Below are positions 11,529 to 25,169 of a stretch of 64,000 nucleotides of DNA, one piece after another. A program made the translations under genes and the position numbers. The number at the start of each line of letters is the position of its first letter. Position 1 is the stretch's first letter. The stretch is taken from positions 780,351 to 844,350 of the forward strand of contig NW_008246078.1 in assembly GCF_000281045.1 (NCBI RefSeq). The letters are read 5' to 3'. The notes under the pieces are model-generated. The model had not been told where the DNA came from, made no database searches, and saw only the letters and a program-made list of their open reading frames with translations. The stretch comes from Saprolegnia diclina VS20. Lineage: Eukaryota.

Positions 11529-13355
11529 TTACCGGCGGCCCGTGTGGAACTTGTACAAGATGAACGCAAAGATGAGCTGGAAGAGCACCGTGTACGCGGC
11601 GAGGATGCCCATGTTGCGGTTCACGTCGACTTTTTCAAAGCCGTAGCGGACCAGAATCGCCTTGGCCGTCGCATCGGTCGCTTGCATCGGGTTGAAGTGT
11701 GTATACACAAATGACTCGAACGAGTACGTGTGGAATGCCATGTAGTACGCCCAGATCCAGTAGTCGGGGATCGCGTGCTTGGGCACCATGAAGCCTTCGC
11801 AGAGCATAAACATCCCAAAGAGACCCGCGCCGAGCGCAATGCCGATAATGTAGTGGGGCACGGCCGCGGCAATGACGCACATGAGCGACTCGGCAGCGAC
11901 AAGCGACAAGAAGAGGTTGAGGAAGAAGTACCCAAAGCCGTTGAGATCCGCGAGCAGCACAACGAGCGTCGTCGAGAGGATCGAGATGAGCGCGATACCG
12001 GGCAAAGCAGCAAGCAAATTCGCAAAGACGTAGCTGCCGACGTGGAGGCCTTGGTTGGCGCGTTCACGGACAAACACGGCGCGTTGCTCGATAAAGAAGG
12101 GCAGCACCGCCACGCTCATAAAGACGAGGAACGCTTGGACGTAGAAGAGCATCGGCAGCAGATCTTCCTTTGTCAAGTCCGTGTTGGTGTGCAAGTACAT
12201 GGTGCCGACCATGAACGAGAGCATGATGTACATAAAGAGCCGGACCCAGTAGATGCCCGGGTTGCGGATATTGTCGAGCGTGTTGCGGTGCATGAGCACC
12301 ATCCACTGCGTCAAGCCCGACGCGCCTTGGCTCAGCACCTTCTTGGGCAAGAGTGTCGACGCCGCGTGGCGGTCGGCTTCAATGGCGCGGACAATGCCGT
12401 TGCAGAGCTCGCTCGACGCATACGACTTGACGAACGCGGGCACATCGGCGTGGCCCTCAAAGTCCGTGTTGACCAAACTCACAAAGTACTCGGCCGGGTT
12501 CGTATAGAGCGGACACGGGTAGTTGAGCGACTCAAAGTGGGTGAGCGCAGCGGCCGGCGACCCATAAAACACCGTGCTACCCTCGACGAGGATCGAGACA
12601 GTCGAAAACATGTTGTACACCTCGGCCGACGGCTGGTGGATCGTGCAGACGACCGTGCGGCCCGCGGCGCAGAGCTTGGCAATGTACTTCATAATGTGGT
12701 ACGTCGACGCCGAGTCAAGACCGGACGTGGGCTCGTCGAGCAGCAAAATTGACGGATTCGTCAAAAGTGCAATCGCAATCGAGAGACGGCGCTTTTGGCC
12801 GCCGGAAATGCCCTTGAAGAAGAGGTCGCCGACACGCGTGTTGGCGCAGCTTGTCAGACCCATGTCTGAGATCGCAGCCTGCACACGCTCTTCCTGAACC
12901 GCATGCGCATCCTGGAGCGAAATCTTGGCCGCAAACCGTAGCGTCTCGAGCACCGTGAAAGACCCGAGGAGCGAGTCTTCTTGGGCCACGTACGTTGCCA
13001 TCTTGCGGAACGACGACGAGTGGCGCGTGTGGCCGTTGACTTCGATGTTGCCTTCGATCGTACCGCTCGAGACACGGTCGGCGAGGATGTCGAGGAGCGT
13101 CGTCTTGCCGCTGCCGGACGGACCCATGATGGCCGTGAGCTGGCCGGGCGAGACGTGGCCGTGGATGTTCTTGAGGATCGTCTTGGGCGGGCCGTTCTTG
13201 CCGAGGAGCGTCGTGGGCTGGACCGTGTAGCGCAAGTTGTGCCAGCTCAAGGTCGCGGGGTCGACGCTCTCATGATGCGTCTCGCCGTTGACGGCGAGCG
13301 TGAACGGCGTCTCGAGCGTCGAGAGGAACTTGCTGTTGTCGCTCGGCGTCTCCAT
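11529..13355 (-). CDS. ABCG (White-type) half transporter, intronless
   Basis: Walker A GPSGSGKT, signature ISGGQKRR, Walker B LLLDEPTSGLD, TIHQP, followed by an ABC2-type TM domain. Confidence 0.95.
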   Translation of the reverse strand: METPSDNSKFLSTLETPFTLAVNGETHHESVDPATLSWHNLRYTVQPTTLLGKNGPPKTILKNIHGHVSPGQLTAIMGPSGSGKTTLLDILADRVSSGTIEGNIEVNGHTRHSSSFRKMATYVAQEDSLLGSFTVLETLRFAAKISLQDAHAVQEERVQAAISDMGLTSCANTRVGDLFFKGISGGQKRRLSIAIALLTNPSILLLDEPTSGLDSASTYHIMKYIAKLCAAGRTVVCTIHQPSAEVYNMFSTVSILVEGSTVFYGSPAAALTHFESLNYPCPLYTNPAEYFVSLVNTDFEGHADVPAFVKSYASSELCNGIVRAIEADRHAASTLLPKKVLSQGASGLTQWMVLMHRNTLDNIRNPGIYWVRLFMYIMLSFMVGTMYLHTNTDLTKEDLLPMLFYVQAFLVFMSVAVLPFFIEQRAVFVRERANQGLHVGSYVFANLLAALPGIALISILSTTLVVLLADLNGFGYFFLNLFLSLVAAESLMCVIAAAVPHYIIGIALGAGLFGMFMLCEGFMVPKHAIPDYWIWAYYMAFHTYSFESFVYTHFNPMQATDATAKAILVRYGFEKVDVNRNMGILAAYTVLFQLIFAFILYKFHTGRR

Positions 13356-15969
13356 CCGACCACTTGGCTATTTCACTGGCAATCTCAAAGTGAATTAGCC
13401 GGTCGTTGGTCGCCAAAAAATAGCCAAAAATCCACGTCCCTTGGCAATGCACCTGTCAGTGTCCCACATCAAGAATTTCTGCGCGTGGAAAATGGTGGAA
13501 AATGTTGGCCAATCGGAGCGGGCGATTTTACAATTATGTGCAATCTCAAGTGCAATCTCAACCTGCAATCTGAAACGGTGGCTACTCGTACTGTACATGC
13601 GTCGAGGCCAACACGTCGCTGGCGAAAGGATAGCAGGCTAGCCCCGTGAAAGAACGTGAGCGATGCCTGCGAGGTAGCGTGTGGCGTTTAGGACAGGCCA
13701 TGTGAAAAAAGTGTAAAACGCAGTGTAAAACTCCTTCCGCTTCCAGCTGGGGGCGTCGAACGTCGAAGCTGTGCGACCAACGGCACATCTGGTGCCACCA
13801 CGTTACTGCCCCGCATGACGAATCGGGCTTGCTGCCGTGAGCTGCGTGATCAAACGCAAGCCGACAGCGTCGCCTGCGTACAGTATGCTTGAGCAAACAC
13901 GCATAACGTGGCAAGGATGAGATGAAACCTTGGCCGCAGAGACTCTTGCTTGGCAAGGCACGAATTAGAACGGCGGTGAATCGTGAAGCGTTGGCGGTTG
14001 AGCGCTTTTCGCGACAAAAAATAGAAAAAAAAAGATATAAAACCGTCAAACTAAATTGACTGGAAACAATTGCGTAAAGTCTGCCCTCACGAAATGAAGG
14101 CCTGCGTATCGTCCTCCTGACGCTGTCCACTTCGACGTGCACTTGCACTGCTCGGAAGACGCTCACGTCGGCTGCTGCCGTCATCGATGGTAGCGTAGCG
14201 ACATTGCACTGGTATTTGTCAGGGTGGAAATGATAGCCGCTAAACAACGAAATTTGCTCGAAAAAGCTCTTCCTGGCACAGTGCCGAAGCAAGAGCCCCG
14301 ACCGCGCGCCCTCAGCTTGACGTACCGGCCAAACCTTTACGAGCGCACTAGGAAGTCCACCATCTTCACTATATAATTTCATGTTAATAACTCATTTCAA
14401 CAACAGTGCCGAAGCATCCGCCAGTCACTGCTGGAGGCTACTACTAGTACTAGTACCTGGTAGTACGGAGAAGGTGTTGGGACCGAAGTCAGTCCATACA
14501 AGACTTGAGCCGTGGCCATCCATCCAGGGCAAGAGCTGGGGCGAGACGCTAGGTGTGACGGCCGCGCTGTCAAATCGTTCTTTCTCAAGCGGTCGCCACC
14601 CGTCGTCGCACGCCAGTACGAGTCGACGCGTCGTCACGTCTAGAGAGTATCTTGGAGATGCAGCCGATGGCTGTCCTCGCTCGATGGCTTGTCCACACAC
14701 TGCTACTCACAACGATCTTACGAGCGCGTGGTTGCCTCGTTGCAAGGTCGACGGTACGTTGCGTACACCCACATCTATAGTCTTTCTTCCCGTTTAGAGA
14801 CGCCGCTAAATAAACACCAAACGAATTGGTTCCGCTCGATCGTCGAGCCTGCATCTGCACGTTAAGACGGACGCTGGAGCAGCGTTCGAGTAGCCACGAG
14901 ACACAACCACGGTGGCACGATGGACGCCCGCGGTTCTTGTCGGCCGCTGGCTCTTGCTACGTTTCTCGTACCAATCGCCTTTAGCAAGCAAGAGATGCCG
15001 TATTAGTCTCGGAGACGTCCACTCTGCACTGTCGACGCCCGCGTAGACACAAGGCGCGTGGGTGACACGTCCAACTCCGCGTACAGTGTACGGTAGTTGG
15101 TGGCTTGGGGCGTTTTCATTTGGTGGCTAGCGCGTGATCGCACGCCTGATGTGCCAGCGACAGGCAAGGTAGAGGACCTGTCAGTATCTTTGCCGTGGCG
15201 GTTTGGCCGTCCATTGCTCAAAAATTGCTCCGAGAGTGATCGGCTCGGAGGCGCCATGAGCATTAGCTACGAACCAAGCGTCGAACGCGGTGTCGCCTCG
15301 CTCAGGACAGCCTCGTTCGTCGGCCATCGCGAACGTACGACAGTGTCTGCTTGGTGTCTACGCAACTCCATTAGCATCAGCATCGGCGTCGATGGCGCCG
15401 ACAAGCGCCTGCTCCGCCACTGTGCCTCTGCACATCACGGCACCTGCGCTTGAATTAATGCATGGCAATTTTTTGATAAATAGCGAATAATTTGCCGCCA
15501 AATGTGTGTTGAAGGCGTGTCCCACACCATGCCTCCATTAATATCACCAACTATAATATCTTTCCACCAAACTGCAAGGTCGCAGCCAGAGCGCCCGTAC
15601 CTTTGATTCTCCCGGAACTGGGTGAAGATGATGACGCCCGCTCCATCGCCCAACCGCAGTCGCACGAACATGCGACCTTTATCGCCGTGGCGGCATCAAC
15701 GCCAGCGTTCCGACAACGTTGTGCTTTGTGTGCTTGCTCGCTCTCCATGAAGCACGCAACCTCGTCCATGTACCGGTGGTAGAGGTATGGGTCGGGCCAG
15801 TAGGGCTGCCGACCAGATGTTGTATAGACCGAGAGTCGACCTCCTCCGCGTGCGCAACGGCAAAGAGCCATCAGATTCGCATGCAGCTTGAAATAGAAAA
15901 CGCCACTGTGGGACGCGCAAAGGGCCCTGCATATTTTTCGATCATTTTGCGTTTAGCAACACACTCAGC

Positions 15970-18225
15970 ATGTCGACTGATCAAGTCGCGCTACTTCAGC
16001 GACTCGGCGCCTCCGAGATGGGTGACATGGACGTCATTGCGACGCCGTTTGGCGAGCGTCACCTCGTGTACGCCGACTACGTCGCGTCCGGCCGGTCGGT
16101 GGACTTTATCGAAGCCACGATCGCGCAAAAGATGCTGCCGCTGTACGCCAACACGCACACCGAGACGTCGCACTGCGGGCACCAGATGAACCAGTGGCGC
16201 ACCCAAGCCCGCGAGTACATTGCGTCCCAGGTCGGCGCCGACCCCGCCGCGGACGTCGTGTACGCTCATTTTCTCTATGTTCATTTTCCACTTTTCTCAT
16301 GCCACTACGTTCTTAGGCTATTTACGGGCGCGGGCTGCACGGGTGCCATCAACCTTCTCGTCGGCCGTCTCGCGCGGCTCTACAAGCTCAGCCGCGCAGT
16401 GGTCTTTATGGGACCCTACGAGCACCACTCGAACGACTTGGTGTGGCGCGAGTCGGGCGCCAAGATTGTCCGGTAAGCCCACTTTGCACTTGCAAGTGCA
16501 ATCTGAATCTCGAAATGTAGGATTCGGCCCGGCAAAGGCGGTGGCGTCGACCTCACGCATCTCAAGCACTGCCTAGAAAAGTTTCGTCGCCGCGCGCTCC
16601 TCATCGGCACCTTCTCGGCCGCGTCCAACATTACGGGCATCACGACCGAGACGGTGCCGGTGACGCAGCTCCTCAAGTCCTACGGCGCCCTTGCGCTTTG
16701 GGACTATGCGGCTGCCGCGCCCTACATGCCCATTGACATGCACGAAGGCGGTGTCGCTAAAGATGCCATCTTCTTCTCGGTGCACAAGTTCCTCGGCGGC
16801 CCGGGCACCCCCGGTGTCCTCGTCGTGAAGCGGTCGCTGTTTACTCAACCGACTCGGAGTGGTGTCCCACCGACGACGCCGTCGCCGTGCACCGGGGCAT
16901 CGGCGGCAAGCGACTCGGCGCACACGAGCTCTGGCGGCCCTGAGAGCAGCGAAGGTGGCAGCTCCGAGCTCGATGCGACCAACACGTCTCGCACCGGCAC
17001 AAGCAGCAGCACGACCACCAACACTCAGCTCTCGGCGCGCAACACGACGCTGCATTCGACCGTCGTACGCGGCGTGCGCAAGGCCATGGCCAAGAAGACC
17101 GCCAAGATGAACGACGTGCCAGTCGTGCCCGGTGGTGGCACCGTCTTCCTCGTGTCACGTCGGACACACCAGTACGTCGACGATATCGCCGAGCGCGAAG
17201 AAGGTGGCACCCCGGACATTGTCGGCGCGCTCCGGGCCGCGATGGTCTTTCAGCTCAAGGCGACGCTCGGTGTCGCGTTTCTCGAGAGCCAAGAGCATGC
17301 GATTGCGACGCGCGTTCAAACGTCGCTCGGGTCGCACCCCAACATTGTCTTGCTCGGCGACCCGTCGGCGCCCCGGCTCCCAACGTTTTCGTTCTTGATC
17401 CGCCACGAGACGCTCTTCTTACACCCGCAATTTGTGTCGCGCCTCCTGAGCGACCTCTTTGGCATCCAGTCGCGCTCGGGCTGCGCGTGCGCCGGACCGT
17501 ACGGCGCGCTCCTCTTCCAAATGCCGGACGAGCTCGCGCATATTCTGTTTTCGCTCATGCAGCGCAAGGCGCTCTTCATCAAGCCCGGCTTTACGCGCCT
17601 CAACTTTCCCGTCTACTGGTCGGGCGAGCGGGAAGCGTTTGTCGTCGACGCGATTCGGTTCGTCGCCGACCATGGCTGGCGCTTCGTGCCGCTCTACGAC
17701 CAGTGCCTGAGCACGGGTGTGTACACGTACCGGGGCGGCGCGCCCGAGCTCACGCCGCTCACGGATATCTTTGCCGATCTCGCCAGCTTTACGATGCCGG
17801 CAACGACGACGACCAAGCCGGTGGTTGACGAAGCAAGTGTCTTTGCGCGCGCCATGGGAAGCGCGCGCGGCCTCGCGTCCGAGCTCAAGGCCGCGCCGCG
17901 ATCGCGTTACTCGCTGCCGGACCCCGAGTACCTCGTCGATCCGGTCGAGGTGCTCAAAGAGCTTGCGGGCTGCAAGCATGAAAACATGCGCCACTTTTGC
18001 TGGTTCCTCACGAGCCACGACGTGCTGCGCAAGGTGTTCAAGAACGTGACGCCGGACCGCGTCAGTGTCTTTCGACCGCTCTTCAACAACATGGTGAGCC
18101 GCTGGCCCGCGGCGCTGACGACCAAGGAGCTCAAGGCGCTCAACAAGGTCGCGTACATGGAAGCCGACAAAGTCCACTCGATCTATGGCCCCCGCATCGT
18201 GCAGAAACTCATGGGCTTCAAGTAA
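15970..18225 (+). CDS. Class V PLP aminotransferase / cysteine-desulfurase-like protein, 3 exons (introns 16260-16316, 16473-16520)
   Basis: YADYVASGR, YANTHTE, GPYEHHSN, FSAASNITG, DYAAAAPY, SVHKFLGGPG (PLP Lys), REEGGTP, RSGCACAGPYG, KPGFTRLNF. Confidence 0.9.
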
Positions 18226-18979
18226 CTCGATTGCGTGTACCAGCGTCCTTACCTAACCCTACTACTAGTATTTGTCAGTTCGTCGTCTCTCCTTCTTCTA
18301 CTAGTTGTGTGTTATTCGATACAGAAGACTGCGTGTTGCATTCGCCTTGCAGAACATGCATCTCTAAGCGTCGTCACCTTCCGTCGTTGACTGTTTAGTC
18401 TCTAGTTAGTCTTCGTTTAGTCAGTCGTGTTGAGCGTATAGGTGCGAACTGTGGCAATGGCTTGGTGACGCAGGTGCGTCCGAGCTTGGCTTCATAGCGA
18501 AGAGACAGCGACGCCCGGGACAGAGCCATGCCTACTGCTTGGCATTACTTGTCGATTGCATGACAGTTGATGGTGGCATCACGTTTGACGGCGGCACGCG
18601 AGATCTGGTTCTGTACACTGGTTCGGGTGCAAGCAGCGTAACACTTGCTTCATCCACTGCCGTGGGCAACGGCTGGCGCCGGTACCGCAAAAGAAGACGG
18701 CTCGGCCAGTGGCTCGCCTGCCTGTCGGTGCCTGGGTTCACTACCGTCCGACCTCGCGCTGACCAGGTACATGTTGACGCATGTGGCCTACGCTGACATA
18801 CCTCTAGTAGCTCCTGGTAGTACAAGCGACGACAATACTGTATATGCCAAGTAGAGCGATTGCGTGCTGATGCATCAAGCACGCTAGCGACACAGAACGT
18901 TCGTCGACCGTGCAGCGGATCGTGGACTTCAACTTGGCTTCCGGATACTGAATGCATATCCGGCGTGCAATCTTGGCAA

Positions 18980-19768
18980 ATGAAGGACGAGGTCGACGAG
19001 CGCTCCAAGCACCTGTGGAACACGCTGCACCTCATTGAGCGCAACCTCAAGCTGCTCGCCGAGGCGATCGAGGCGACGACGACCTTCCGCGAGGCCCGCG
19101 ATGCGCATGCGGCCAAGCTGGCCAAGGCCTTTGACGACTGTGCCATCACCGAGCCCTGCATGGCAGTGCACACGGTGCTGGCTGCCATGGGCGATGCGAC
19201 GCGGACGCTGAGCACCGAGACGCACGAGATTATGGTCGTACGCCCCGAACAGACGGCGATCGTCGAGCTCACGCAGATCCAGGACTGGGGCGTGGTGCCC
19301 ATGAAGCGGCTCCTCGAAGACCGCGACAAGGCGATCAAGGCCATCGCCAAGCTCCAGCGCGACGTCGACGAAAAGACTATCGTCCTCGGCGGCAACAAGG
19401 AGCGCGAGAAGCGCGCGCGGCTCCTGACCGACCAAAAGCGCCGGGTCGACAACGTCAACGCGCTTCTCGAGCTGCATTGGAAGCGCTTCGAGTTCTTCCG
19501 CGTCACCAAGATGAAGGTAGATGATACCTTCTGCTTCTTCGACACGCAGGTGCAAGCGAGCGTAGCGGGTCATGAGCGAAATGGCGCGGGCGCAGCTGTA
19601 CTACCACTGCAAAGGCGTCGAGTGCTTTACCATTCCGTGTCGGGCAACACCGCTCATCGACCCGAAGGACGCCGCCGCCGTACGTAGCCATCATCTGCCA
19701 CTAGCATCAGCTTCCTCATGACTTAGGAGGTCTCGCTGGATGCACAGCCCGCCAATGTCAAGCCATGA
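18980..19768 (+). CDS. BAR-domain protein, FAM92/CIBAR-like, 3 exons
   Basis: All-helical ORF; after splicing it reads FEFFRVTKMK|RVMSEMARAQLYYHCKGVECFT...IDPKDA, resembling the recalled FAM92 C-terminal helix (K..FSEF...EM.FH.KALE.Y...ID). Confidence 0.6.
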
Positions 19769-19947
19769 GAGCCACCAAACCATCTACACGTGTCGATACC
19801 TAGCCCTCGCCGCAAGGTCCAAGAGGTGGCAGCCTCGGGTCTCTCGCATTCACTGCTTATAATGCATGCTTCTACATCTTGTCTACTTTGTACTAGAACG
19901 AGCCACGCACTTCGTACCCATGTGCGTTCAGTGTAGGTCGTCGTCGC

Positions 19948-22900
19948 TCAGAGCATCGCTGCCGGCAACTGGTAGGCAGCGAGGCTATGTGTGCGCACTT
20001 GCTTGTCGGCGGCTGCGAGGACCGCACGCTCGGCGTCGCGTACAAAGCCACAGCCAACAAAGTCCAGGACATCGTCGAGAACACCATCGGGAAGGGCTCC
20101 CAAGCGCGTGCCACCGAGGTGCTGGTGCAGCCACGCCTTGTGCTGCGGAAGGACGTGGGCCGTCGAGAGCAGACTCGCGTCTGGGTGCACGAGGTAGTAC
20201 GTCACGAGCGTCACGTGCCCGGGCTTGCTGGCATCGGCTGCTGAGAACGGCGCGATGCGGTACACGCCAGCGGTCGGGATCGAGACGAGCCGGCCCGGCG
20301 TCAGTCCCATGTAGCCCGTTCTCTGAAGCTGTGGACTCGCCGCCGTCGCTGCTCCCTAGCCCCATCAATCAACGCATGAGCTCCATCACCTACAGCAGAG
20401 CGAGTACCTTGGTCGTGGACCGAGGCGGCGCAAGCTCGTGGGCAAACTCAATGGCCACGTCGGCGACATTGTTGCAGTCGCAGACGACAACGCCGACGGC
20501 GACGACAAACTCGTTGACCAACCCCGAGCCTTTGGTCCACTTCTGACCGGCGAAGGTCGGCGTGGCATGCAGCGTCGTGATCGCAACGTGCACGAGGAGG
20601 TCTCGTGGTAGCGACATTGATGGAAATGGCCAAGTTGGCACGGTATCGACAAACACCGGTCGCATGGCAAGCGCCTCAAAATCGACACCCGCGGATGTTT
20701 GCTGTCGCTGCCACCGGCGTACCTTGGACGATGTCGGCGTCTCGTTCGAGTGGGCGTGATACAGGCGACGCACGAGCTCGGACGTTGACAAAACCTGCGT
20801 GCGCTGGACGCGAGGAACGTCGTGCAGCATCGTGTGTGTGCTGACAGCAAGAAGCGGTAGTAGCTGCGTCAGCGTCGCGGCCAGTGCATCGTAAATGCGC
20901 GTGTGCCCCGGGTCGAGATCGTTGATGTACGACGTAAACGTTGCCTTGCCGGTCGCATCGTCGACATGCACCGGGGTCGGCAGCCACTGAAAGTGCTCCG
21001 AGACATGGCGCTGCCACTCGGGCGGCACGACCGACGCCCACGAGAGCACGTTGCCGCTGTTCAAGCGCATCTCATGCGACGACGCCTGCCACTGCGTCTG
21101 CCCAATGACGCCGCAGCCGACACTCGGACTCACGACGTCCTGGACTGGACTGTCGCTCCCGCGCGTTGCCGTCAGTGGCGCTAAGAGCGTCCGCCACTGA
21201 CGTGCGTCCCACGACGTCAGGTGGGCGTCCGAGACCACGACACCGTGCGCAGGATGAAGAAACAGGGCCGGCGAGAATGTATCGAGCTCGGCTTCGAGAA
21301 GCGACTGCGCGTCCGCTGGCAATTCCATGGCGTGTGTGCGGCGGGATGGCCACGTCGGGTCGCTAACGATGGCACAGAGCGCATTGATGTACGCCGCTTC
21401 CATCGGCTTCAGCGGCGAGGCCACGGCGCGGAACCAGCCGACGCGCGAGAAGAAGAAGCGCTGACGTGGCACGCTGAGCGCTGCGAACGGTTGAAAGAAG
21501 AGCGCGTGCGTCGGCGGCGGCGGCACGTCAGCGAAGAGATGGACGTAGAGATACCGCGTCACGAGAACGTTTTCACTGGCCAGTGCGACCTCGAAGTACG
21601 ACCGCGAGACCTACAGCACTGTGGGCACTTGATAAATTGAAACGATATGGTACGCGGCGGGTGAATCGGTGGTCCTTGGCACCGCGCGTCAACGGCAGTA
21701 GTAGTTCGACACTGCGCAAGTTGCCTTTTTGAACGGCATGGTACAAGGGCGTGCGGCCCATCTAGTGGTCGTCGTACACTGTGGACACCTTGTCCTCATA
21801 TTCCACAATCACGTACAGGATCGCGGGCGTTGGGGTCGGCACCGGCTTGCAGCAAAAGCGCGAGCACGGTCGGACGATTCGCTGCGCGGCCCAAGTACGT
21901 CTACGACGAACGTTCTTGCGACTGTCTATAAGGAAGAGGTGTACGAGGCCGAGGCCATCGATCGACGTCAAGTCCGTGTACGCAGCCAGAATCTTGACAG
22001 CCCACGCATTTTGCGCCGCAATCGCAAGTGACAGCGGCGTGCTTCCTTCCTATGCGTTGGTCGTCAAGTCGACACGGTGAGAACAAGGAGAGGACCGACC
22101 CGATCGCGCAGCTCAGGGTTGAGGCCGTGCTGTAGTAAGAGCAAGAGGCACGCCGGCCCCTCGTCGTCGCAATCGACGCGTACAGTGGCGCGCTGAAGCC
22201 ATGTGTGGCTTCTCTATCCAGCAGCATCACATGTTAGTGCTGCGTAGTATGTACTAACTAGTCCGCAAGAACCGACCTTGTGCATGCGGTCGAGCGGCGT
22301 CACAGGAACCAAGAGCGAGACGACCGACGGCTTGTTGAACAAGAAGGCGCATTCGAGTAGCGTCTCCTTGAGCTACAGACGTCATGCGGCGTCATATCAC
22401 CACCGGCATGCTGGCACCTGCATGGACCACGTTTGGCTGGAGCACAGAAAGGCTGAGAGGATCCGCACGGCGTCCAAGGCGCGTCGCACGATGGCGCAGA
22501 GAGACTGCAAGCGTGTCTTGCCATTGTACAGCGTGGATACATGCAGTGTACCTTGATTGGCACAGCGTTGACGTCGGCGCCGTGTTGCACGAGGAGCTCG
22601 ACGAGCGCCGCATTTTGAACCTTGGCCGCGATCGCCAGTGCCGTCTCGCCCGCCTACACGTTTCTTGATGGCATGTTGTCCCATCCTTGCTACCTTGTTG
22701 CGTGCTTCGATGTCGGCGCCGTGTTGCACGAGAAGACGGGCGGTTCCGACATGGCCTTTTCGCACAGCGACGAGCAGCGCGGTGGAGTGATCCTATACGC
22801 ACGATGCTTGCGATTGCCATGCTAGGAAGACTCATTACCCGCGTCGTTGCCTCCATGCTCGCGCCTTGGATGGCGAGGTACTCGATGACAGCCGCGTGGC

Positions 22901-23260
22901 CGCGCGAGGCAGCGAGAATCAACGCCGTGTTGTGGTCCTACACCCACGTCGTCGATGATGCAGTACCGTGCAGGACAGCATCGTACGTCGTTGAGCAAGT
23001 CGAGAGTGGCTGCGCTCCGCAGTGACTTTAGGAGCTCGAGCTGGCCGCGTCGCGCGGCAGCATGGAACGGCGACTCGAGGCGCAGCTAGTACGCATGGGG
23101 TCGCATGCTGCTCACGCTTGATCGGCACGTACCGTTGATGGGGCAGCGGCCGTCACCTTGGCCTTGGTCGATGGCGAGTGCTCTTGCATGTCGTCCTACA
23201 CGAGGGCCATGAGCGCCCGGCTGGCGTCGGCGGGATGCCATGTACCGCTGCGGGATGCAT
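19948..23260 (-). CDS. Ankyrin-repeat + DUF4246-like fusion protein, multi-exon (both ends approximate)
   Basis: Ankyrin exons (ESPFHAAARRGQ, NTALILAASRGH, STALLVAVRKGH, ETALAIAAK, STPLSLAI, RTPLYHAVQKGN) splice in phase 0 via intron 21611-21653 into an ORF with DUF4246 motifs FQWLPTPV, FTSYINDLDP, GRLVSIP, PFSAADASKPGH, LLSTAHVLPQHKAW. Confidence 0.65.
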
Positions 23261-23891
23261 CCGGAATCCAAACTTGAAGAAAGGCTGCTGCAGGACGGAA
23301 ATAGTGTGACGCGAGAGAGCGATGACACCAACTTGGCGAATGCAAGGTCGGGCTGTGGTGGCGATTCTACGCCTCTAGAACTAGTGCATTACGTAGAGAG
23401 ATGCAGCGGACGACGTGGCGGCCTGTACGGCCTGTGCACTGGCGGCAACCACCACATTGCACAATTGATGTGCTCATGTCGCGTGCTGGTGACGATGACG
23501 ACAGCTAGGACGACCGCTCCAGACCTTCGCTTTGAGTGCACGAGCGAGAGGGCTGGCATGTACACTTGGCTGCAACGGAGACTCTACCAGCATCCAGCAT
23601 CCATCGGACACACCGGAAGCAAGACTACCCGTGCGGCAGTCGTCGGTGCACCCAGGTGCGACGACAGCACTCACGAGACGCCGCGTCTCGATACCGGTAG
23701 ATGGAACGCTCCTCTTCCAGCGCGATGCAGCACAAGTAGGCCTCCTCGCCTCGTGGAGCTCGAAGCTTGCTTTGCAGCTTCTCAGCCGAAGCCGGTCGAC
23801 TTCGCTTTCGGCTGCGATGCAAGACAACAGCGATTGAGAAGAGGCAGTCTACTAGGGTCACTCGCTCGTCATCTATTGCACAGCGGCCGCC

Positions 23892-24326
23892 TTACGCCGA
23901 CTTGGGCGTCTTGACAACGACCGGGATGTCTTCCGTGCGGCTGGCCTTGAACGCAGCGAACGCCTCCGGGTTGGTGTACTCGTGCAGGCACGCGTTCAGG
24001 TCGGCGTTGTGCTGGCGGCATTTCCACACGACGAGAAGACTAGATACATATGACGTTGGCCACGGACGCTACGCCATAGCAGGTTGTACCCGTGCTCGTG
24101 CGAGCAGTCGACAAAGGCCTTGGTCTTGGCGTAGCACTTTTCCAGCGCGATCGAGTTGAGTTCTTGGTGCAGTTTCTGCATCAAATAAGTAGGCTTAGAG
24201 AGGCGTAGCAAGAAGGAGGCGTACATGCTCGGCCTGCTTGGACCACTGCAGGCGCGACCCGCGCCACTCGGCCTTCTGCGTCTCGCGGTTGGGCGTGGCT
24301 TCCGCTGCGTTCGTCGTCGTCGACAT
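23892..24326 (-). CDS. CMC1: Twin CX9C mitochondrial COX assembly protein, CMC1-like, 3 exons
   Basis: Spliced product AEH|KLHQELNSIALEKCYAKTKAFVDCSHEHG|LLVVWKCRQHNADLNACLHEY contains two C-X9-C motifs. Confidence 0.75.
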
Positions 24327-25169
24327 GGTGCGGATAAGAAATTTGGCCGTTCGTGGCGGTGCGACCACCGGATACGCTATCCGAACCAACCGGTTGCGTT
24401 GACGTGGCACTTCCGCGTGGCAGGACGAGCTGTGTGCACTGTGGAGGTTGCCACCAAGGACGAAGCACGAGCTGCGCCGTTCTAGAGCAGCAAGCGGCTC
24501 GTGTCGCTGCACAGACAGCCTCGCAATGCGTCAAGTGGGGAGGCTGTCCGGGTGTCGAGACCAAGAGACCGCAAGCGTTCATGCTTCCTGGGCAACCTTG
24601 TACTCTGTGCTAGTGAGCTGCCCTTGCTCATCAACATTTCGTAGAGTACGTACGCTCCTTTACTGCGCACATGTAGCGACACCTCACATGCAGAGCGATG
24701 CCATCAACTGGCAACGACGTTCGTCGCGTCCACAGATCTCGTCGTATCTGTCAGCGTCCAGTACGCTGCAGTCACACAGTGATGTCGTACAATAGCAAGG
24801 CGACAGCGCGCAGCCTCGATCGTGTCACCTTCACCAACTACGTGCGCGTCCAAGCACAACGTCCAGCACCGGAAGGAACCCAACTCAAAACACAGAGAGC
24901 ACTCTTCTCTTCAGGCCGCAATTACCTGCCCCGCCCTTGTACTCGTATCCACCTCAGTCCATCCACGCCTACGTCCATGGCGTCGATAGCCTTCCTGCAC
25001 GCGTCGACGACTACTACCGGTAAGTAGTGCAGCACAAGCCACCCATATGTATGTACACTATATTCCGTCTTTTTTAAATAGTATGTGAGGTGTACCCCGG
25101 GGCACGACGCAAAGGCCATCGACCAGTCATTTCACTGGCGCAACTGCAGTCTCGGCTGGCTAATCGCAC

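Noticed and set aside
13582..15900. Several 60-266 aa ORFs between the ABCG and aminotransferase genes
   Set aside because: No codon bias, recognisable motif or consistent splice structure; treated as intergenic.
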